The translations under genes were made by a program, and so were the position numbers. The notes beneath the pieces are model-generated. The model saw only the letters and a program-made list of their open reading frames with translations, made no database searches and was not told where the DNA came from. A DNA stretch of 32,000 nucleotides, taken from positions 310,686 through 342,685 of the forward strand of contig BAFH01000002.1 in assembly GCA_000296795.1 (NCBI GenBank). Reading direction: 5' to 3'. The first letter of the stretch is position 1. Each line of letters starts with the position of its first letter. Below, in pieces: positions 9,958-18,594 of the stretch. This stretch comes from Candidatus Jettenia caeni. GTDB lineage: Bacteria > Planctomycetota > Brocadiia > Brocadiales > Brocadiaceae.

Positions 9958-10315
9958 CTTCCGTCGAGCGTGTATTCTCCGATACCAAACGGGTTCGTCA
10001 GGTTGCTTCATTTCTGAATTTCAATCTTACCGCCATCTTTACCCATGTGGTTGTTGCCTTTGTAGCTCACAACCTTACCGTTATTTTTGACCACTTCAAG
10101 GATACTTTCCGGACATGAATTTCATATCTCTTTATAAAGCCCTTAAAATTTCCCACTCTCACGAAAATACCCTCTCCGGAAACCCCTGTTTTACGGTATA
10201 TTTTCCCTTTTCTAGCTCCTTTTGTTTATTTCTTTGCCGTTGTATCTCTTCTCACTCTGATTTTTGGTCTCCGGCTTTTTGAAAAATACCTTACCGATTC
10301 TCTACCTAGCACTTT

Positions 10316-10615
10316 TTATATCCTCCTTGCAAGAGACTCAGATTTTGTTCTTAATAATTCCAGCGCTACACCCCTACCACACCCCGGACAGCAATTAACT
10401 ACATTCTTATCCGGTTCGGGAAACCACAGTCCTGAATCTATATCTTCCTTCCCTTTACGGTAGACAACGAGCTTTCCCTCAATGGTAACATCTTCCATTA
10501 GCCCACGATGCAGGCACTCCAATAACTCCTGATAGTTCGGGAACAGACCAAGCTAGCCTGCAAGGCTTTGCTCCTTGAGAATGAGATTTGCGATATCTTC
10601 AATAATATCCTTCAT
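10316..10615 (-). pseudogene. 99-codon ORF of unknown family interrupted by an in-frame TAG at 10553-10555
   Basis: ATG at 10615 overlaps the TGA of the Cas3-remnant ORF (ATGA). It reads MKDIIEDIANLILKEQSLAG-TAG-LGLFPNYQELLECLHRGLMEDVTIEGKLVVYRKGKEDIDSGLWFPEPDKNVVNCCPGCGRG... in one frame. No family recognised. Confidence 0.3.
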
Positions 10616-11085
10616 GCTGCGTACCCTCGCTTAGAGAAATAGACAGAAGGGTAACGCTTCAGGTCAGACACAAGGTCTTCCCAACTCATAGATATTTGTA
10701 AATTTCCAGGAATTTGAACATCAACATGTTTAAATAAAGTATGAAGGAATGATGGGTCTTTCATAATCTCCACAATTTCAGGAATACCTGAAAAATTAAA
10801 ATCAAATAACTCGTGAGGTTCCAAGGCAGGTTGTGTGGCAGTACTCAAGACCAATGTTACTCGGTAATACTTCTGCAACGCATGCAACACTGCTAAAATA
10901 GGGCTAAGAAATTCTGGTGGAAAATGTTTACTAAGATCATGCCAAAGCCCAGCCAAATAACCCCATTTGGCACAGCCAAATTCTGCAGCCATATTAGCCG
11001 CCTTTTCAACCGTACCTTTTATATGGTTACCAAGCTTGTGCCTTTGATCCTGTGAATTAGCGGAGTGGGCATAGAATTCTTCCAT
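10612..11085 (-). pseudogene. cas3: Collapsed Cas3 remnant: HD nuclease N-terminus fused to a helicase-core fragment
   Basis: The N-terminus YAHS...HKLGNHIKGTVEKAANMAAEFG...AGLWHDLSKHFPPEF matches the Cas3 HD motif (HDxGK..FQ). It then jumps directly to VTLVLSTATQPAL, a helicase motif III-like segment. Only 157 aa, whereas full-length Cas3 (HD plus helicase) is several-fold longer. Confidence 0.6.
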
Positions 11086-11214
11086 GATAAATAATTTCTT
11101 AATTATTTAATCGATATGGGAAGAAATACTTATTTTGCGGTGACTTGCGAGGCCATAATAGCATATCGTGTATTTGCGTCAACAGAAATTTCTCATTTTG
11201 AAAGACACTTAAAA

Positions 11215-12096
11215 CTATCCATTCTGTCGTGCTGCAATAACAATCTTTGCACAGGCTTCTGCATCGGATGCGGCATCGTGGTGCTTCAAGGGGATTCCAA
11301 GGAATGTACATACGGTGGGCAGATTCGCCCGACGAAGTTTCCATGTCTTACGGGCAAGCCGTACCGTACATTGAAAGGGAAGTGTTGGTGGTGATACATC
11401 AGCATTCTGACAGCATGCCATCAGAACAGACTGATCAAAACTTGCATTATGCGCTGCTATAAACTCAGCGCCTTCAAACTTTTTATGTATCTGCGGCCAC
11501 AGTTCGTGGAACTTCGGTTCATTAGCAACGTGTTTCCATGATATGCCATGAAGATAGGTAAATTCAAACGTACGCCGCGGCGGACGGATGAGGAATTGCG
11601 CCCGGTCAATAATTTGATCGCCAAGAACTTTAACGAGTGCAATAGAACAGGCACTGTCACGCCCATAGTCTGCGGTCTCAAAATCAATCGCAACAAAACA
11701 ACCATACTGACCCAGGTTTTCTACATTCTTAAATAGTACCGGCGGCACTGAGCTCTGCAGACCCGGATATGAATTTTGCTGTGATGAAATGGTTCTCTTT
11801 GGAAATACATTATCTGGAAGAATACGGTTAATATTCTGAGTCTCTTCCCGTAATAATAACTCAATGATATCCGTATAGTTTCCTTTATCTGCTATACCAT
11901 AGTATCCACACATTGCTTTAGCTTCCAACTCGCTTACGTATCGAAGGAACGTTTTTGGTGGTATACCAAAACTATGTATAGCCTCACACATCTTCTTCTT
12001 GCTACGGAGGTCAATATTTTTCAGTTTAAAATCGAGGATAATACGCTTCAGCGTATCTCTTCCCAGGAGCGATAATATGGCTATGTTAAGATTCAT
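11215..12096 (-). CDS. DEDDh (DnaQ/epsilon-like) 3'-5' exonuclease with an unassigned 130-aa N-terminal helical domain
   Basis: 293 aa. Exo I: VAIDFETAD. Exo II: IAAHNASFDQSVL. Exo III: HHDAASDAEACAKI. The N-terminal third has no motif I recognise, though two helix-extended-helix (SAP-like) looking segments are possible. Confidence 0.8.
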   Translation of the reverse strand: MNLNIAILSLLGRDTLKRIILDFKLKNIDLRSKKKMCEAIHSFGIPPKTFLRYVSELEAKAMCGYYGIADKGNYTDIIELLLREETQNINRILPDNVFPKRTISSQQNSYPGLQSSVPPVLFKNVENLGQYGCFVAIDFETADYGRDSACSIALVKVLGDQIIDRAQFLIRPPRRTFEFTYLHGISWKHVANEPKFHELWPQIHKKFEGAEFIAAHNASFDQSVLMACCQNADVSPPTLPFQCTVRLARKTWKLRRANLPTVCTFLGIPLKHHDAASDAEACAKIVIAARQNG

Positions 12097-12121
12097 AAGT
12101 ATTTAATCTTGTCAATAAATC

Positions 12122-12152
12122 AGCAGGGGCAGGTTTGAAACCTGCCCCTGCT
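12122..12152. repeat. GC-rich perfect palindrome: AGCAGGGGCAGGTTT G AAACCTGCCCCTGCT
   Basis: 15-nt arms read directly. It sits in a divergent intergenic region, upstream of both flanking genes, so it is not a terminator for either. Confidence 0.6.
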
Positions 12153-12408
12153 AAACATCAAATAAGGCCTTCGGCTATTTTTATAACAGAAGTGGTAAAG
12201 CGCGCCTTGCCACTCCGTAATTTGTTTGCATTTCCTAAACATTACATTAGGTAATATTACCATGAAGGTATATAAAATCACAGACCAAAGATAATTCCAT
12301 TCTCTTTCACTTTAGCTATCATTATATACCTCGCACTGGTAACAAAATAGGAATTATTTTGAAAATAATGTTCGGGACTTACTCCCCTTCGGGAGGCTAA
12401 TAAAACGC

Positions 12409-12438
12409 TTGACACTTTTATTCCGAATTCGTTATTAT
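12409..12438 (+). promoter_or_regulatory. Candidate sigma70-type promoter for gltX
   Basis: TTGACA at 12409-12414. TATTAT at 12433-12438 with an 18-nt spacer. About 105 nt upstream of the proposed gltX start. Confidence 0.35.
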
Positions 12439-12544
12439 ATAGTCTTATTCATTATTATATTACTCATATTTGTAACTGCCTCATTATTCCATAGACAACC
12501 TGGATAGATATAAATACATGAGCTTTTAGAGAAAGGAATACGAT

Positions 12545-13903
12545 CTGAATTCCAACGTCAAAGTCCGTTTTGCACCAAGTCCAACAGGTTACCTCCATAT
12601 TGGCGGAGCAAGAACAGCGCTCTTTAACTGGCTTTTTGCAAGGCATAATAAAGGTATTTTTCTTTTACGTATAGAGGATACCGATCAACAACGCTCTACC
12701 GAGGAAGCTACACAAGCCATCCTCGACAGCATAAAGTGGCTGGGATTAGACTGGGATGAAGGTCCGTATTTTCAAAGCCAACGATTGTCTGTCTATAAGG
12801 AATACGCAGAGAAATTAGTTGCACAAGGAAGTGCATTTTATGATACCGATGCCGAAGGCCGTAAGGCTATCCGCTTCAAGATGCAGGAGGGAGTAACCCG
12901 ATTCGATGATCTTATCCACGGTCCCATTACGTTTGACACGGCCCTTATCGAAGATTTCGTAATTCTTAAAGCAGATGGTTTTCCAACCTATAATTTTGCC
13001 TGCGTAGTAGACGATGCGGATATGGGGATTACCCATATTATTCGCGGAGACGATCATATATCGAATACGCCCAAACAGATTGCCCTTTATAAGGCCTTTG
13101 GGTTTAAGATTCCGGAATTTGCTCATATCCCGATGATCCTTGGAGAAGACGGATCGAGGTTAAGCAAACGTCACGGGGCAACCTCTGTTACTGAATATCG
13201 GGACAAAGGTTATCTTCCCCATGCCCTCGTAAATTTTCTTGCCCTTTTGGGATGGTCACCCGGTAACGATCTGGAAATTTTATCAATTCAGGAAATGATC
13301 GATAAATTTACCTTAAAACGTGTGAATAAAACCAGCGCTCAGTTTAACAATACCAAATTGGACTGGATGACTGGCCAATACATCAAGAATACTCCTGTCA
13401 GACAACTCGCAACTGAGGTTAAAAGGTTTTTTGAAAAATCAGATATTACTATGGGAGAAATCTCTTCGGAATGGTTAACAAATTTAGTAGAATTGTACCA
13501 TGAGCGGTTTAAGACGTTTCAGGATTTACTGAATCAAACAAGGTTTTTCTTTACGGATACTATTGAATACGATCAGGTTGCCGTAGACAAATTTCTCAAC
13601 AAGGAAGGAATTGCCGGATTGTTAAAAGAGGTATACTCAGCCCTTTCTCTCCTTAAAGATTTTGACAAAAAAAACTTAGAGGAATCTTTGCGTGCGTTGA
13701 CCGTAAAGATTGGCATTGGATTTTCTAAGCTTGCCCAACCCTTACGGGTAGCTATTACCGGAAAGAGCGTAAGCGCCGGCATCTTCGAGACTATGGAGCT
13801 TTTGGGAAAAGAGAAGACACTGAAAAGGCTTAGCTGTACCGTAAATAATCTCAGCGAGAAATCAAATGCAGTTAAAATAAACGCACCGGGAGGGACTTGC
13901 TAG
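12545..13903 (+). CDS. gltX: Glutamyl-tRNA synthetase (start codon non-canonical, see findings)
   Basis: The frame continues 240 nt upstream of the track ORF and encodes VKVRFAPSPTGYLHIGGARTALFNWLFARHNKG...LRIEDTD (HIGH motif). KMSKS-type LSKRHG lies downstream. Proposed start is CTG at 12545, 7 nt after AAGGA. Confidence 0.88.
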   Translation: MNSNVKVRFAPSPTGYLHIGGARTALFNWLFARHNKGIFLLRIEDTDQQRSTEEATQAILDSIKWLGLDWDEGPYFQSQRLSVYKEYAEKLVAQGSAFYDTDAEGRKAIRFKMQEGVTRFDDLIHGPITFDTALIEDFVILKADGFPTYNFACVVDDADMGITHIIRGDDHISNTPKQIALYKAFGFKIPEFAHIPMILGEDGSRLSKRHGATSVTEYRDKGYLPHALVNFLALLGWSPGNDLEILSIQEMIDKFTLKRVNKTSAQFNNTKLDWMTGQYIKNTPVRQLATEVKRFFEKSDITMGEISSEWLTNLVELYHERFKTFQDLLNQTRFFFTDTIEYDQVAVDKFLNKEGIAGLLKEVYSALSLLKDFDKKNLEESLRALTVKIGIGFSKLAQPLRVAITGKSVSAGIFETMELLGKEKTLKRLSCTVNNLSEKSNAVKINAPGGTC

Positions 13904-14000
13904 ATAGGATCACCAAGATTTATACAGTATTTTATCTTTTGTGTGTATCCCTTTTCATCCTGTAAATCCTGTCAATAATAAAACTCTTAAGATATCAGGT

Positions 14001-14570
14001 ATGAAGGTAAGGCTTTTTGTCGCCGTTGAAATTCCAGAGGAAATCCGAAAAAAATTAGGAGAGTTCCAGGATGAACTGAAAAAGGCGAATGCGGACGTGG
14101 GCTGGGTAGCTCCTGAGAATCTTCATATTACCCTCAAATTTATTGGCTCCCTTGATGAAGAAAAAATCGATGAAGTTGTCCGCATAATAAAAGATTCGGC
14201 AGCCGGCACAAAACTTTTCGATCTTAATTATATGGGTGTTGGCGCCTTTCCAACGGAAAAAAATCCACGGATTGTTTATGCTGATGTAATAGATTCAGAC
14301 GGGATTTTAACAAAAATCCATGAGAAACTGAATAATCAACTCGTAGCATTAGGTGTAAAGCATGAGGATCGTAAATTTGAAGCGCATCTTACCGTAGGCC
14401 GTATAAAGACACGCAAGAATGTAAAAAGGCTTATGGAAATTCTGAATTCGTACAATGGGTTTCATTTTGGTTTAGCACAGGTAACCCGGATAGTTTTGAT
14501 GAAAAGTGATCTTTTGCAGAAAGGACCCATATATACGAAGTTACATACTATTGATTTAGTTTCATTATGA
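14001..14570 (+). CDS. thpR: RNA 2',3'-cyclic phosphodiesterase (2H family, ThpR/LigT)
   Basis: Two HxT/Sx motifs (HITLKF and HLTVGR). Start taken at the ATG of [12 protein letters not shown]. 189 aa. Confidence 0.85.
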   Translation: MKVRLFVAVEIPEEIRKKLGEFQDELKKANADVGWVAPENLHITLKFIGSLDEEKIDEVVRIIKDSAAGTKLFDLNYMGVGAFPTEKNPRIVYADVIDSDGILTKIHEKLNNQLVALGVKHEDRKFEAHLTVGRIKTRKNVKRLMEILNSYNGFHFGLAQVTRIVLMKSDLLQKGPIYTKLHTIDLVSL

Positions 14571-15679
14571 CTTTTTATATGGGTAAATATACTATGGTCA
14601 AATCTGAAGTAGATAAAGAGAAACGGCAACAAGCGCTAGAGAGGGCAGTCTCCCAGATTGAGAAGCAATATGGGAAGGGCACAATAATGACGTTGGGGGG
14701 TGACACCAAGATAGATGTCCCCACAATTCCAACCGGAGCTTTATCTCTGGATATTGCGTTAGGCGTGGGGGGGATTCCGCGCGGAAGGATCGTTGAAATT
14801 TTTGGTCCGGAATCTTCGGGCAAAACAACCCTGACGCTTCATATTATTGCGAATGCGCAGAAAAATGGCGGTACAGCCGCCTTTATCGATGCCGAGCATG
14901 CCCTGGACCCGGACTATGCTAAAAAATTAGGGGTAGATTTGGATAATCTCATGGTCAATCAACCTGACACAGGCGAACAAGCACTTGAGATTGCAGAATT
15001 ACTGGTAAGAAGTAATGCCGTAGATATCATCGCAATTGATTCCGTAGCCGCACTTGTTCCTCGCGCAGAGATTGAGGGAGAAATGGGAGATTCCCATGTA
15101 GGTTTACAAGCGAGGTTGATGTCGCAGGCATTGCGTAAACTAACCGGGTGTATTTCAAAATCCCAAACGACAGTTATTTTTATTAACCAGATTAGAGAAA
15201 AAATCGGCGTTATGTACGGCGGAAATCCCGAAACGACGCCAGGCGGAAGGGCACTCAAATTTTATTCCTCAGTACGTATCGATATACGGAGAATAGGGAG
15301 CATAAAAGATGCTGATGTTGCAATCGGAAACAGGGTTCGTGCTACCATTGCCAAAAATAAGGTTGCAGCCCCTTTCAAGAAAGCAGAGTTTGATATTCTC
15401 TATAACACCGGCATATCGCGTTCAGGGGATATTATAGACCTTGGCGTTGAACATCAAATTATCGATAAATCCGGCACCTGGTTCTCTTGTGGTGAGGTAC
15501 GATTAGGGCAGGGAAGGGAAAACTCACGGCAATTTCTCGAAGAGAATCCTCAATTAATGGAGGAATTAGAACGCTCTATCCTTAAAAAATTAAGGCCAGA
15601 AATGGCTACAGAAAAGGCCGATGAAGGAACCTCGCAAAAAAACAAGGCAGAACCGCAGTCCAGGAAGGGTGAAAAATAA
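14567..15679 (+). CDS. recA: Recombinase RecA
   Basis: Walker A: GPESSGKTT. Also [51 protein letters not shown]. The start is uncertain (ATG at 14567, 14579 or 14594). Confidence 0.95.
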   Translation: MTFYMGKYTMVKSEVDKEKRQQALERAVSQIEKQYGKGTIMTLGGDTKIDVPTIPTGALSLDIALGVGGIPRGRIVEIFGPESSGKTTLTLHIIANAQKNGGTAAFIDAEHALDPDYAKKLGVDLDNLMVNQPDTGEQALEIAELLVRSNAVDIIAIDSVAALVPRAEIEGEMGDSHVGLQARLMSQALRKLTGCISKSQTTVIFINQIREKIGVMYGGNPETTPGGRALKFYSSVRIDIRRIGSIKDADVAIGNRVRATIAKNKVAAPFKKAEFDILYNTGISRSGDIIDLGVEHQIIDKSGTWFSCGEVRLGQGRENSRQFLEENPQLMEELERSILKKLRPEMATEKADEGTSQKNKAEPQSRKGEK

Positions 15680-15688
15680 TTTACTATT

Positions 15689-18349
15689 ATGAGAACAAGC
15701 GAAATTCGAAGTAAATTTCTCAATTTTTTCGAAAAGAAATCTCATGCTGTTTTACCCAGCGACTCACTAGTCCCACAGAATGATCCAACCCTTCTCTTTA
15801 CCGGCGCAGGGATGAATCAGTTTAAAGATATGTTTCTGGGTAAAGGCAACCTGAACGTCAAAAAAGCAGCGACATGCCAGAAATGTCTTCGCACCGGAGA
15901 TATTGATAACGTGGGCAAAACGGCCTCTCATCATACATTTTTTGAAATGCTTGGAAATTTCTCCTTCGGTGATTATTTCAAGCAGAAAACTATTGAATGG
16001 GCATGGGAATTTCTGGTACAAGAACTAAAAATTTCAGAAGAACGCTTAAGCGTAAGTGTTTACAAAGATGACCATGAATCATATGAGATTTGGGAAAAAC
16101 ATATCCATATACCGAAATCAAGGATTTACCGATATGATCAAAAGGATAACTTTTGGCCAGCAAATGCGCCGCTCTTAGGGCCGAATGGGCCTTGTGGCCC
16201 CTGTTCTGAAATATTTTTTGACCAGGGAGAAAAAATCGGCTGCGGGAGAAAAGAATGCGATCCCGCATGCGAGTGCGACCGGTTCGTGGAGATATGGAAT
16301 CTGGTATTTACCGAATACGACCGCAAAGAGGGCGGCAAGCTTGAGCCATTACCCCATCAAAATGTCGATACGGGTATGGGTTTGGAAAGAATGGCGCGTG
16401 TTATGCAAGGGGTGCAAACAAATTTTGATATTGATATCTTCCGCCCAATTATCTCATCCATAGAAGAAATAGCACAGGTAAAATACAACGGCAGAGTTGA
16501 AAATGCTATACTTATGCGTCGTATCGCAGACCATGTAAAAGCATGTGTGTTTTGCATTTCCGATGGTGTGCTTCCCGGCAATGAGGGACGTGGATATGTT
16601 GAGAGGCGGCTGTTGAGGCGAGCCATTCGTGACGGCACGCAATTGGGTGTAAAAGATAGCTTTCTTTACAAACTGGTACCGATTGTGAGCAATGTGATGC
16701 AAGATTACTATCCTGATATTAAGCAGCGAAGAGAAAATATTGCGCGAATTATAAAGAATGAAGAAGAAAAATTCCACGAAACGCTGGAACAGGGAACACG
16801 TATATTGGAAGAGCTCATGGAAACTTTGCATAAAAGCAATCAAAAGACCCTTTCCGGCAAAGAGGCCTTTAAACTATACGATACCTACGGCTTTCCCTTA
16901 GATATGACAGAAGCTATTTTAAACGAAAAAGGTTTTGTCGTTGATAGAAACGGTTTTGAGGATGAACTCCAAAAGCAACGGTTACAGGCAAGAACGGCTT
17001 CCCAGATGACCGGACAGGTCTTCGATACAGGTCCGCTCAGCAAGATCAAAGACATTTCAAAGGGTTCGAAATTTTTAGGTTATAATCAAAACACCTGCCA
17101 GGGAAAAATAATTGCCATTATCCGGAACAACGAGCTTGTAGATGTGGCTATTGTTGGAAGTGAGGTAACGGTAATTTTAGATCAAACGCCTTTTTATGGT
17201 GAATCAGGCGGACAAATTGGCGATACCGGAATTTTGGAGTCGGACGGAACCCTGATCCAGGTTACTGATACAAGAAGGAATGATGATTTTACTCTCCATA
17301 CAGGAAAGGTAATAAAAGGAGAACTAAAGACAGGGATCGTTGTTGAAGCAAAAGTTGACGTCCAGCGAAGAAATGATATCCGGAAGAATCATTCGGCAAC
17401 ACACATTCTCCATTATGCTTTACGAAGAGTAATAGGTCAGCATGCGGAACAGGCAGGTTCTTTGGTAGCGCCTGACCGCATACGTTTTGATTTCCATCAT
17501 TTCTCCGCCTTAACAAAGGAGGAAATAACACGCATTGAAGACCTGGTAAACGAGAAAATACTCGAAAATGTACCGGTATCGGCAAAAGAATTAACCATCC
17601 AACAGGCAAAAAATGCCGGCGCCCTGGCTCTTTTTGGAGAAAAATACGGGGAGTTGGTCAGAATGCTCTCTATGGGAGATTATAGCAAGGAGCTTTGCGG
17701 TGGAACTCATGTAGACAGTTCAGGAGAAATCGGATTATTCAGGATTGTTAGTGAGTCATCTGTTGCCGCTGGAATCAGACGTATCGAAGCCGTAACAGGC
17801 ATGTCGACATTAAAGAGAGAAAGAGAAAAAGAAGACATTATTCAGGAGATATGTGAGATACTGAATACGACTGAGGGCAAACTGGTTACAAAAGCACAGG
17901 ATATCTTACACGAATTAAAGAATTTACAAAAAGAGCTCAGCAGGGTAAAGCAAAAAGAACTCAGCAGTAAGATTCATACTCTTATCGAGAATGCCAAAGA
18001 GGTGTCAGGGGTAAAGATTATTACAAGAAAATTAGAGGATGCAACGGTAGACGACTTGAGAAAAACGGCTGATCTGTTAATAAAATCTGCTGAGGATGTA
18101 GCCATTATATTAGGAGCTATCCAGGATGGACGAGTAACAATAATTGCAGCCATGAGCCCTAATTTAGTTAAGCGTGGCTTCCATGCAGGGAATATATCGA
18201 AAGAAGTGGCAAAATTAGTTGGCGGAGGAGGAGGGGGCAGACCTGATATGTCGCAGGCCGGAGGACAATGGGTAGAAAAGTTAGATGATGCGCTTCATTT
18301 CGCTACAGAATTGTTGAGCAAGAAAATCCTTCAAACGATTAGTTCGTGA
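15689..18349 (+). CDS. alaS: Alanyl-tRNA synthetase
   Basis: 886 aa. FTGAGMNQFKD, HHTFFEMLGNFSFGDYFK, editing-domain HSATHILH and CGGTHV, C-terminal GGGGGGRPDMSQAGG. Confidence 0.97.
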   Translation: MRTSEIRSKFLNFFEKKSHAVLPSDSLVPQNDPTLLFTGAGMNQFKDMFLGKGNLNVKKAATCQKCLRTGDIDNVGKTASHHTFFEMLGNFSFGDYFKQKTIEWAWEFLVQELKISEERLSVSVYKDDHESYEIWEKHIHIPKSRIYRYDQKDNFWPANAPLLGPNGPCGPCSEIFFDQGEKIGCGRKECDPACECDRFVEIWNLVFTEYDRKEGGKLEPLPHQNVDTGMGLERMARVMQGVQTNFDIDIFRPIISSIEEIAQVKYNGRVENAILMRRIADHVKACVFCISDGVLPGNEGRGYVERRLLRRAIRDGTQLGVKDSFLYKLVPIVSNVMQDYYPDIKQRRENIARIIKNEEEKFHETLEQGTRILEELMETLHKSNQKTLSGKEAFKLYDTYGFPLDMTEAILNEKGFVVDRNGFEDELQKQRLQARTASQMTGQVFDTGPLSKIKDISKGSKFLGYNQNTCQGKIIAIIRNNELVDVAIVGSEVTVILDQTPFYGESGGQIGDTGILESDGTLIQVTDTRRNDDFTLHTGKVIKGELKTGIVVEAKVDVQRRNDIRKNHSATHILHYALRRVIGQHAEQAGSLVAPDRIRFDFHHFSALTKEEITRIEDLVNEKILENVPVSAKELTIQQAKNAGALALFGEKYGELVRMLSMGDYSKELCGGTHVDSSGEIGLFRIVSESSVAAGIRRIEAVTGMSTLKREREKEDIIQEICEILNTTEGKLVTKAQDILHELKNLQKELSRVKQKELSSKIHTLIENAKEVSGVKIITRKLEDATVDDLRKTADLLIKSAEDVAIILGAIQDGRVTIIAAMSPNLVKRGFHAGNISKEVAKLVGGGGGGRPDMSQAGGQWVEKLDDALHFATELLSKKILQTISS

Positions 18350-18386
18350 GTATCGAATTTACTTACGCTGGCATATGAGTTTTTCC

Positions 18387-18415
18387 TTGACAATAATGGT
18401 ATATCTATATAAAAT
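18387..18415 (+). promoter_or_regulatory. Candidate sigma70-type promoter for the rpmF-plsX-fab operon
   Basis: TTGACA at 18387-18392, 17-nt spacer, TAAAAT at 18410-18415. Confidence 0.45.
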
Positions 18416-18594
18416 TTTTTGACTTAGAAGGGACATAGTACCATAAGCGTAAATTCAATAACAGAATATTTATACGAGAGATTATAAAGAATTACGATGA
18501 AGTATCGGGAAGTTTAAGAAAGAATGTCTCTGTAATCCCTTTTTATTCCCAGTACTTCTTTTTTTATTATTTGGAATTTTTATAGAGGTGATAC

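Noticed and set aside
11099-11462. Track ORFs 11099-11344 (-), 11116-11394 (+) and 11247-11462 (+)
   Set aside because: They overlap the 3' end of the DEDDh exonuclease gene, whose Exo III motif is encoded there. No independent support.
9958-12500. CRISPR repeat-spacer array expected near the cas3 remnant
   Set aside because: I scanned the non-coding stretches by eye and found no regularly spaced direct repeats of 25-40 nt. Only a trivial recurring CTTACCG heptamer appears.
12527-12529. Amber (TAG) reassignment or read-through as an explanation for in-frame TAGs in gltX and the 10316-10615 ORF
   Set aside because: TAG serves as the ordinary stop of the exonuclease gene, gltX, fabH and selD in this same window. 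Genome-wide recoding is therefore unlikely.
12415-12545. T-box leader or other riboswitch upstream of gltX (and of alaS at 15680-15689)
   Set aside because: The gltX leader is only about 100 nt and shows no specifier or T-box sequence. alaS follows recA by 9 nt.
12464-12646. 60-aa minus-strand ORF over the gltX 5' end
   Set aside because: It is antisense to the conserved HIGH-motif coding region of gltX.
14575-17609. Antisense ORFs inside recA and alaS (14575-14828, 14959-15258, 15767-16843, 17289-17609)
   Set aside because: They lie opposite highly conserved housekeeping genes, which is a typical shadow-frame artefact.
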